A stretch of 56,090 nt of DNA from assembly GCA_016198905.1 (NCBI GenBank), contig JACQHR010000036.1, forward strand, positions 1 to 56,090. The letters run 5' to 3'. The stretch's first letter is position 1. The number at the start of each line of letters is the position of its first letter. Below the pieces are notes generated by a model. The model saw only the letters and a program-made list of their open reading frames with translations, had not been told where the DNA came from and made no database searches. Below, piece by piece: positions 26,711 to 33,615 of the stretch. This DNA comes from Candidatus Omnitrophota bacterium. GTDB lineage: Bacteria; Omnitrophota; Gorgyraeia; Aquiviventales; Aquiviventaceae. The translations under genes and the position numbers were made by a program.

Positions 26711-27282
26711 TGGTAGCTCGCTTTCACGTGAATGGTATGTTGACGTGGAGCAAACGGCGGCAATGGAGGAAGTGGTGGAGGTTGTACCCCGCAGTTCGTC
26801 ACAGTGACTTCCACATAGGGATCAGTGAGATCCCCCGGCGGACCAATAATGCCGTTACCGTTAGCATCAATGAATTCAGCCGACTCCGCATCAAAACCAT
26901 TGATGGACGGATTACAGGCTTTACTCGGATCAGGAGCGCTAGGATCATGACCAAACGTGCAGTGCGATTTTCCGGGAATGATGGCGCAACTTGGAATCGA
27001 TCCAGTCGCATTATCGGGATAATTGCGGAAATCTACGAGAGGAGGTCCAGGTTTGTAGGTCATGAGTTTGTGCGCGACCAGGACATAGCCCGCCTCCGCA
27101 AGATACTGCGCTTTCGCGCGCTCTTCCATGCCCTGCGATTGTCCGGATTGACTGTTCGCAATATTCAATATGACGTAGCCGAGCACTCCCATCAGAAATC
27201 CCATGATTAAAATGATCCCGAGCGCGCTGCCGCGTTCGTTCTGCAGCGATCCTCGACGCTGTGCAACCTCTGGGCGCATCAT
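26707..27282 (-). CDS. minor pilin, PilX/GspK-like (no Glu5)
   Basis: NERG|SALGIILIMG and KAQYLAEAG; GGAG SD upstream of ATG 27282. Confidence 0.8.
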   Translation of the reverse strand: MMRPEVAQRRGSLQNERGSALGIILIMGFLMGVLGYVILNIANSQSGQSQGMEERAKAQYLAEAGYVLVAHKLMTYKPGPPLVDFRNYPDNATGSIPSCAIIPGKSHCTFGHDPSAPDPSKACNPSINGFDAESAEFIDANGNGIIGPPGDLTDPYVEVTVTNCGVQPPPLPPLPPFAPRQHTIHVKASYQ

Positions 27283-27299
27283 GCGTATCGGCTCCATCA

Positions 27300-27326
27300 A
27301 TAAAAAAACCGAACCACTGGTTCGGT
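27300..27326 (-). terminator. intrinsic terminator (riboswitch expression platform)
   Basis: ACCGAACC-AGT-GGTTCGGT followed by a U tract on the minus strand. Confidence 0.88.
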
Positions 27327-27423
27327 AGCTCAGCCATCTCACGTGTGGTCGGCAGCCCGGCTGTCTCGCGAGACCCGTAGCTTTGCGCCCTCCGCTCACG
27401 CGAAGTTTGCCCTTTCGCCAGTC
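27316..27423 (-). ncRNA. c-di-GMP-I (GEMM-I) riboswitch with duplicated 3' strand
   Basis: minus strand GGGCAAAC-TTCGC-GTGA-GCGGAG-GGCGCAAAGCTACGGGTCT-CGCG-AGACAGCCGGGCTGCCGA matches the GEMM-I consensus with a GNRA loop; sits upstream of the pilus operon. Confidence 0.9.
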
Positions 27424-27461
27424 CTTTACCCTTCACACAAACTTATCGTTAATACAAAGTA

Positions 27462-27491
27462 AGTATGCCTAATGCGATTTCTCGGTGTCAA
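27462..27491 (-). promoter_or_regulatory. sigma70 promoter of the pilus operon
   Basis: TTGACA-18 bp-CATACT, ~40 nt upstream of the aptamer. Confidence 0.65.
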
Positions 27492-27524
27492 GGCAAGGGA
27501 GAGATTCTTGTAGAGATTCTTGAC

Positions 27525-27869
27525 TTACGAAGGACGGGTGCTGGCAATGACCCAATGAAGGTAGGGTGTGGAGCCTAAAGTGACAGGAAGCGCGATGATT
27601 TCCGGCACGTCATACGGGTGCCACTTGAGCACCGCGCGTTTCAGAGACTCAAACCGTCTCTTGGTCGTCTTGATCACGAGGAGCGTTTCGGGGCAGCGTT
27701 CGACCTTTCCCTTCCAGAAGAAAATAGATTCGACAGCGGGGATGATGTTGACGCAGGCGGCCAGATGGTGCCTGACCAAGGCGGTGCCGAGACGTCGCGC
27801 CACGGCCTTCGTCGGACACGTCACGAGCGCGACAACAATGCCAGTGGGCGCTGACGCGTGGGAGCGCAT
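27525..27869 (-). CDS. cutA: divalent-cation tolerance protein CutA
   Basis: LAACVNI, S.F.WKG, HPYDVPEIIALP. Confidence 0.95.
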   Translation of the reverse strand: MRSHASAPTGIVVALVTCPTKAVARRLGTALVRHHLAACVNIIPAVESIFFWKGKVERCPETLLVIKTTKRRFESLKRAVLKWHPYDVPEIIALPVTLGSTPYLHWVIASTRPS

Positions 27870-27887
27870 GACGTCACGGCGGACACT

Positions 27888-28088
27888 TTAGTGGCGAAGA
27901 TTGATGCGAAAGTCGTTGCCGTCTTTCCGTACCACGACATGGCCTTCACGCGCCAGCCACCCGAGACTCATCAACGCAAGTTCCCGCGACCGATCAATGC
28001 CCGTCACGACCTTCGCAAACGGCACTTCGCCATGTCCGTCAAGGTAGTGCCAAATTTCTCCCGCCACGATGCCAATCTCGGTGATCAT
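27888..28088 (-). CDS. small winged-helix protein (DUF2582-like)
   Basis: IG..AGEIWHYL...MSLGWLAREG; strong SD. Confidence 0.85.
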   Translation of the reverse strand: MITEIGIVAGEIWHYLDGHGEVPFAKVVTGIDRSRELALMSLGWLAREGHVVVRKDGNDFRINLRH

Positions 28089-28184
28089 GCGCCCCTCCTT
28101 GTTTCGTCTTTCAATATGCCATAAAACCCTGAACCATTCTCGATATTTCGTCAGTCAACGCGCGCCACTCAACTGTCGCCGGGA

Positions 28185-30317
28185 TTACTGCACGCGACTG
28201 CCGTCTTGAGGTTTTGCTTGGCGCAACGCCGTCAGCCGTTCCCGCGCGAGCTCCGCCTCCGGGATGGACTCCTCGGCGAGCTGCGCGTAGATCGCTTCTG
28301 CAGCAGCCGGTCGGTCCTGCCGTTCCAACAGTTTCGCCAGCGCCAGTTGGCTGCGCACGCGCCACGGCGGCTGCGTCACGCGCCCGTACCATTGCATCGC
28401 GCGATCCAAGTCGCTGACTTCTTCGTAGCACGAGGCGATGCGATACGCCGCTTCCTGGCTGATCGAGGGGGCGAGCTGCGCAGCGTTGTCATACCACTGG
28501 ATGGCCTCGGGGTAGGCCTGCCGCACCCGGGCCATGTCGCCCAACCGCTTGGCGAGCTTTCCCCGCTGACTTCTTGGAAGGCGGCCCGCCTCGTACCATC
28601 GTGTGAGCGCCTTTTCCATGGCGTCAGGAGCCGCTTCGCGCGTCTGCAAGTTCACGAGCAGGAGCCTGGCCTCGAAGGCTTCGTCCGTCCGCGGGGCAAA
28701 CTGAATCGCCTCCTGACATAACCGCTCTGCGGTGGGTTGGTCGCCGTCACCGAGTGCTAACACCGCGTCATAGTAGGAGGCGCGTGCCGCCGTCACCGTC
28801 CCTGCGCGCTCGCGACGCAGCCGCTCGAGCAGTCCGTGCGCCAATCCCTCCTCGCGTTGATTGAGGTAGGCGATCACGATCGCCAGTTGCGCATCATCGG
28901 CCAGTGCCGCATCGGCGCTGGAGGCCATCTGCTGGAAGACGGCCATCGCGCGCTCAGTCTGTCCGAGTTGCAGGTCGATGCGCGCGGCTTGGTACGTCGC
29001 GTAGGTGACCAACGAGGGATCCGCCGCGAGCTCCATCGCCTGTTGATACTGCGCCTGGGCCTCCGTGAGGTTGCCCAAAAACATCTGGACGTCGCCCAGG
29101 CCGCTGTACGCCGCTTGGCGAACCGTCCGCTCATCGCTGTGCGTGGCCAACTCAAAGATCGTTTTCGCTTTGGCGGCATTCCCTTCTTCCAATGCGACCG
29201 CGCCAAGCCGTAATTGGACCTTCGCGCGAGCCAACTCATCAAGCAGCGGCCAGCGCAGCATCGCATGGAGGAGCTCGTGCGCCTCATCGAGACGCTCGTC
29301 CCGACGGTACAGCTCGGCCATCGTCAGCCCGCTCTCCAACACCAAGGGATGTTTCGGGTAGCTCGAGAGGATGCGATCGAATCGGGCCAGCGCGTCCTGC
29401 TCGCGTCCCACCCGGATGAGACAACTCCCCTGCGCAAACAGCGCTTCCACGACATGCTCATCCGTCCCTTTCAAATGCAGGTAGCGCTCAAACCCATCAA
29501 TGCTCTCCTGGCAGCGGCCACGCTGATACTCGGCCCAGGCCAACCCGAACTGCGACAGACGCCCCCACCGCGACGCCTCTGCGGCCGTCAAGGCGCGCTG
29601 ATAGGCCAACATTGCCTCCTCATAACGCTTCAGCCCACTGAGGCTTTCTCCGAGATAGAACGCGGCCTGCGCAATGCCCTGCGGATCCTGCAACCGGTCG
29701 AGCAGCGGCTGCAAGATCGCCACGGCGTCGGTCCATCGGCCGAGTTGCAGGTTGCAGAGTCCCTCGAAGAGTAACGCGTCGAGCGCTTCGGGTGCTGCCG
29801 CTTGACGCACCGCGGTCTCATGAAAATAGCCCAACGCGGTCTCGAAGGCTTGTTGATGCAGGAGGACGAGTCCCAACCCTAACTGAGCCTGCGTAGCCCA
29901 CGAGGAGGCCGGATACTGCGTGAGGAGGCGCTGATAGGCTTGCTTGGCCCGCAGCATCTGAAACGCGCGCCGACTCACGTCCGCTTCCCAGAAGAGGACC
30001 TCCGGCCAAAAAACACTCGACGGTGCGAGGTGCGTTTTCAGCGAGTCGAACTGTGTGAGCGCTTCGTTGGAGCGCTGCAGCTTATCCAAACTCAACGCGA
30101 GCCATAACCAGACCCGCGGGGTTTCCGGCACATGCTGATAGTGTCCGAGGAAATTCTCCGCGAGCAAGGTCACTTGCTCAAAATCCTCGCGCAGAAACGC
30201 GCGCTGGATCGTCTGGTACCCCGGCGTCGGCTCAAGCGCGCACACGCGACTAGGCATCGCCAGTGCCATGGCGATCAGCATCGCACCGATCAGTAAGAAG
30301 CGTTGTTGATGACTCAT
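28185..30317 (-). CDS. exported tetratricopeptide-repeat protein
   Basis: signal peptide followed by many 34-aa TPR-like repeats (A.F.LG......Y..A...Y). Confidence 0.88.
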   Translation of the reverse strand: MSHQQRFLLIGAMLIAMALAMPSRVCALEPTPGYQTIQRAFLREDFEQVTLLAENFLGHYQHVPETPRVWLWLALSLDKLQRSNEALTQFDSLKTHLAPSSVFWPEVLFWEADVSRRAFQMLRAKQAYQRLLTQYPASSWATQAQLGLGLVLLHQQAFETALGYFHETAVRQAAAPEALDALLFEGLCNLQLGRWTDAVAILQPLLDRLQDPQGIAQAAFYLGESLSGLKRYEEAMLAYQRALTAAEASRWGRLSQFGLAWAEYQRGRCQESIDGFERYLHLKGTDEHVVEALFAQGSCLIRVGREQDALARFDRILSSYPKHPLVLESGLTMAELYRRDERLDEAHELLHAMLRWPLLDELARAKVQLRLGAVALEEGNAAKAKTIFELATHSDERTVRQAAYSGLGDVQMFLGNLTEAQAQYQQAMELAADPSLVTYATYQAARIDLQLGQTERAMAVFQQMASSADAALADDAQLAIVIAYLNQREEGLAHGLLERLRRERAGTVTAARASYYDAVLALGDGDQPTAERLCQEAIQFAPRTDEAFEARLLLVNLQTREAAPDAMEKALTRWYEAGRLPRSQRGKLAKRLGDMARVRQAYPEAIQWYDNAAQLAPSISQEAAYRIASCYEEVSDLDRAMQWYGRVTQPPWRVRSQLALAKLLERQDRPAAAEAIYAQLAEESIPEAELARERLTALRQAKPQDGSRVQ

Positions 30318-30370
30318 GCCTTACACATCCTCATGAACATTCAACACCGTGTGCGAGTGTCTCTCGATAC

Positions 30371-30512
30371 GGCGTGGGGCGGTGGTGAGCGGGGCCTGTC
30401 GGCCAGCGCGAGCACGGTCCCGGCGCACAGCGCCGGGTCGCGCGTCGGCCGACCGGAGCGCCGCGAACCCGCTGGGGCGAGCAAGCGTCCCCGCGCAGCG
30501 CCGCCCCACGCC
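30371..30512. repeat. GC-rich multibranch palindromic element (REP/MITE-like)
   Basis: perfect 12-bp terminal IR GGCGTGGGGCGG/CCGCCCCACGCC; internal hairpin CCCGGCGC-ACA-GCGCCGGG. Confidence 0.7.
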
Positions 30513-30538
30513 CAAAGGTTGGAACATGGCGCATCGCA

Positions 30539-33502
30539 TTACAATGAAGGCTCCTCATTCGTTCCTGCTTGGAGTGTCTCGCCCGCAGCCGGTCCTGTCA
30601 TCAGGATGCGCGCGGACCGCGTGAGTGCGCCTCGAGGTCCGCTCAGCAAGGGACGCAGAAACTGCCCGGTCCACGACGACGGTTCTGCGGCCACCACTTC
30701 GGGCGTGCCGGCCACGACCAGCCGGCCTCCGGCTTCTCCGCCTTCAGGTCCCAGGTCAATGATGTAGTCCGCCGTCTTGATGACCTCGAGGTTGTGTTCG
30801 ATCACGACGACGGTATTGCCATAATCCACCAGTTGATGTAAGACGCCAAGCAGTTTTTCAATGTCGGCCACGTGCAAGCCGGTCGTCGGCTCATCGAGCA
30901 AGTAGAGCGTTCGGCCCGTCGCCCGTCGCGAGAGCTCTTTGGCGAGCTTGATGCGCTGCGCTTCCCCGCCGGAGAGCGTCGTGGCGGATTGGCCCAGCTC
31001 CAGGTACTCGAGGCCGACCGCGTGCATGGTCTGCAAGCGTTGCGCGATCGCCGGAATGGAGGAGAACATCTCGAGCGCTTCTTCGATGGTCATCGCCAGC
31101 ACATCGGCAATCGAGCGGCCCTTGTAGGTCACGTGCAGCGTCTGGTCGTTGAATCGCTTGCCTTTGCAGACTTCGCAGCGCACGAACACATCCGGGAGAA
31201 AATGCATCTCGATGCGCTTCATGCCGTCGCCCTCGCAGGCTTCGCAGCGCCCGCCCTTCACATTGAAGCTGAAGCGGCCGGGCTTGAAGCCGCGCAGCTT
31301 CGCGCCCTGAGTCCGGCTGAACAACTCGCGGATGGGCCCGAATGCGCCGGTGTACGTCGCCGGGTTCGAGCGCGGGGTGCGCCCGATCGGCGATTGATCG
31401 ATCACGACTACTTTGTCGATGGCGTCGATCCCCGTGATCCGCTCATGTGTGCCCGGGTGTTCCTTGCTGCCGTAGAAGCGCCGCGCCAAGGCTCGATAGA
31501 GAATCTCGTCGACCAGTGTGGACTTTCCCGAGCCGGACACCCCGGTGACGCACACGAAGCAGCTAAGCGGAATGCGCACGTCGATGTGTTTCAGGTTATG
31601 CTCGGCGGCTCCCTCGATCATGAGGAACGCTTTCCCCGTGGTTTGACGACGGCGCTCCGGCACCGGGATCCAGCGTTTGCCTCTGAGGTACTGGCCGGTG
31701 ACGCTGCGTTCAGAGGCGAGAATGTCGTTGAGCGATCCGCAGGCCACCACCTCGCCGCCATGTTTGCCCGCCGCCGGCCCAAGATCGACGATGTAATTCG
31801 CGCGCCGAATCGTCGCCTCATCATGCTCGACCACAATGAGCGTATTACCTAAATCGCGCAGCCGCTCCAGCGTGTTGAGCAGCTTCTCGTTATCCCGCTG
31901 ATGCAGCCCGATCGAGGGCTCATCAAGAATGTAGAGGACTCCGACGAGCCCCGAGCCAACCTGAGTGGCGAGCCGGATGCGCTGCGCTTCCCCGCCGGAG
32001 AGACTGGCCGAGGCGCGATCGAGCGTCAGATACCCCAGCCCCACATCGAGGAGAAACTGCAGTCGCTTGCCGATCTCCTTGATGAGCGGCTCAACCACCA
32101 CCTGCTGCCGCGCACCCCATGACAGCTGCGACAGCCATCGCTGGGATGCGGTCACCGAGTCTGTGGTCACCTGGGCAATGGAGCGGCCGTCGATCAAGAC
32201 GCCTAAGCTCTCGGGCTTCAAGCGCGCGCCGGCGCACGCGGGGCACGGCAGCACGCTCATGTACTTCGTGAGCTCTTCCTTCACGTAATCCGACTCGGTA
32301 TGACGGAAGCGACGCTCCAGATTGGGAATGACCCCCTCGAAGACGCCGCCCCAGATTTCATCCGAGGAACCATAGAGAAGAGCGCGCTGCGCCTTGCGAT
32401 CCAGCGACTGAAACGGGATCTCCATGCTGATGCCGAAGTGCCGTGCGGCTTCCCGCAACAGCCGGTTGTAGTACATGATCATGTGCATGCCGCTGCGCTT
32501 CCACGGCTCAATGGCTCCGTCGCGCAACGATTTCGTCCTATCCGGCACCACGAGCTCCGGATCGATTTCCAGGCGCGTCCCTAAGCCATCGCAGGTCGGA
32601 CACGCCCCGTAAGGAGAGTTAAAGGAAAAGAGGCGCGGCGAGAGCTCTTCGAAGCTGAATCCGCACGCCGCGCACGCGTAGAGTTCGCTATATACGTGTT
32701 CCGTGTTTCGCGTTCCGCGTTCCGCGTTTTTGGAAGATGGCCGCTTGGTTTTGCTTCTCAACGCGGAACTCGGAACTTGGAACTCGGAACTGATGATGAC
32801 GATCCCCTTGCCGACTTTCAACGCGGTCTCAATCGATTCGGTGAGCCGCCCTTTCGCCTCCGCTTCGAGCGTGAGACGATCGACGACCACTTCAATGGTG
32901 TGCGCACGTTTTTTATCGAGCGCGATCGGCTCATCAAGATCACGCACGACCCTGTCGACGCGCACGCGGATAAAACCCTGCCGCTTGATGTCGCGGAAGA
33001 CCTCGACGTATTCGCCCTTGCGCCCTCGAATGAGTGGGGCCAAAATCGTCAACTCGCTCTTGGCCGGCAGCTCAAGCACCCGGGCGACGATTTCCTGGGC
33101 CGACTGTTGGCTGATCGGCACCCGGCAGGTCGGACAGTGCGGCTGGCCGGCTCGCGCAAACAGCACGCGCAGGTAGTCGTAGATCTCCGTTTGTGTCGCC
33201 ACCGTCGAGCGCGGGTTGCTCCCGGCGGTGCGCTGCTCGATCGCAATGGCCGGGGAGAGCCCTTCGATGGAATCGACGTCGGGTTTCTCGAGCCGCTCGA
33301 GAAACTGCCGCGCGTAGGCGGAGAGGCTTTCGACGTAGCGGCGCTGGCCTTCCGCATACAACGTATCAAAGGCGAGTGACGATTTGCCGGAACCCGACAG
33401 CCCCGTAATAACGATCAGGGTGTTTCTGGGTAACGTCAGGTCAATAGCTTTAAGATTATGCTCGCGGGCTGCGCGGATGATAATTGGTTGATCGGTGCTC
33501 AT
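30539..33502 (-). CDS. uvrA: excinuclease ABC subunit A
   Basis: two ABC cassettes ([18 protein letters not shown]), LSGGEAQRI twice, Zn fingers. Confidence 0.98.
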   Translation of the reverse strand: MSTDQPIIIRAAREHNLKAIDLTLPRNTLIVITGLSGSGKSSLAFDTLYAEGQRRYVESLSAYARQFLERLEKPDVDSIEGLSPAIAIEQRTAGSNPRSTVATQTEIYDYLRVLFARAGQPHCPTCRVPISQQSAQEIVARVLELPAKSELTILAPLIRGRKGEYVEVFRDIKRQGFIRVRVDRVVRDLDEPIALDKKRAHTIEVVVDRLTLEAEAKGRLTESIETALKVGKGIVIISSEFQVPSSALRSKTKRPSSKNAERGTRNTEHVYSELYACAACGFSFEELSPRLFSFNSPYGACPTCDGLGTRLEIDPELVVPDRTKSLRDGAIEPWKRSGMHMIMYYNRLLREAARHFGISMEIPFQSLDRKAQRALLYGSSDEIWGGVFEGVIPNLERRFRHTESDYVKEELTKYMSVLPCPACAGARLKPESLGVLIDGRSIAQVTTDSVTASQRWLSQLSWGARQQVVVEPLIKEIGKRLQFLLDVGLGYLTLDRASASLSGGEAQRIRLATQVGSGLVGVLYILDEPSIGLHQRDNEKLLNTLERLRDLGNTLIVVEHDEATIRRANYIVDLGPAAGKHGGEVVACGSLNDILASERSVTGQYLRGKRWIPVPERRRQTTGKAFLMIEGAAEHNLKHIDVRIPLSCFVCVTGVSGSGKSTLVDEILYRALARRFYGSKEHPGTHERITGIDAIDKVVVIDQSPIGRTPRSNPATYTGAFGPIRELFSRTQGAKLRGFKPGRFSFNVKGGRCEACEGDGMKRIEMHFLPDVFVRCEVCKGKRFNDQTLHVTYKGRSIADVLAMTIEEALEMFSSIPAIAQRLQTMHAVGLEYLELGQSATTLSGGEAQRIKLAKELSRRATGRTLYLLDEPTTGLHVADIEKLLGVLHQLVDYGNTVVVIEHNLEVIKTADYIIDLGPEGGEAGGRLVVAGTPEVVAAEPSSWTGQFLRPLLSGPRGALTRSARILMTGPAAGETLQAGTNEEPSL
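32696..32792. repeat. inverted pair of heptamer arrays inserted in frame in uvrA
   Basis: GTGTTCC GTGTTTC GCGTTCC GCGTTCC GCGTTTT ... GGAACTC GGAACTT GGAACTC GGAACTG. Confidence 0.85.
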
Positions 33503-33511
33503 GGTGGGTCA

Positions 33512-33540
33512 ATTATAGCGGCTGCCTCGACGAGGTTCAA
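33512..33540 (-). promoter_or_regulatory. sigma70 promoter of uvrA (near-leaderless)
   Basis: TTGAAC-17 bp-TATAAT, 9 nt before the ATG. Confidence 0.75.
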
Positions 33541-33615
33541 TCGTCGGCACGCAGCGGTCCTCATTTGCCTGAACTCCTCCCGGTCAGGTACTCTTTCTTT
33601 ATGAGGAAACGAGCC

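Noticed and set aside
27011-27436. 141-aa ORF and the 5' extension of the pilX-like ORF to 27399
   Set aside because: They run through the riboswitch and terminator; the SD-supported start is 27282
30303-30767. ORFs across the uvrA-TPR intergenic region
   Set aside because: Products are Arg/Pro/Ala low-complexity translations of the palindromic element
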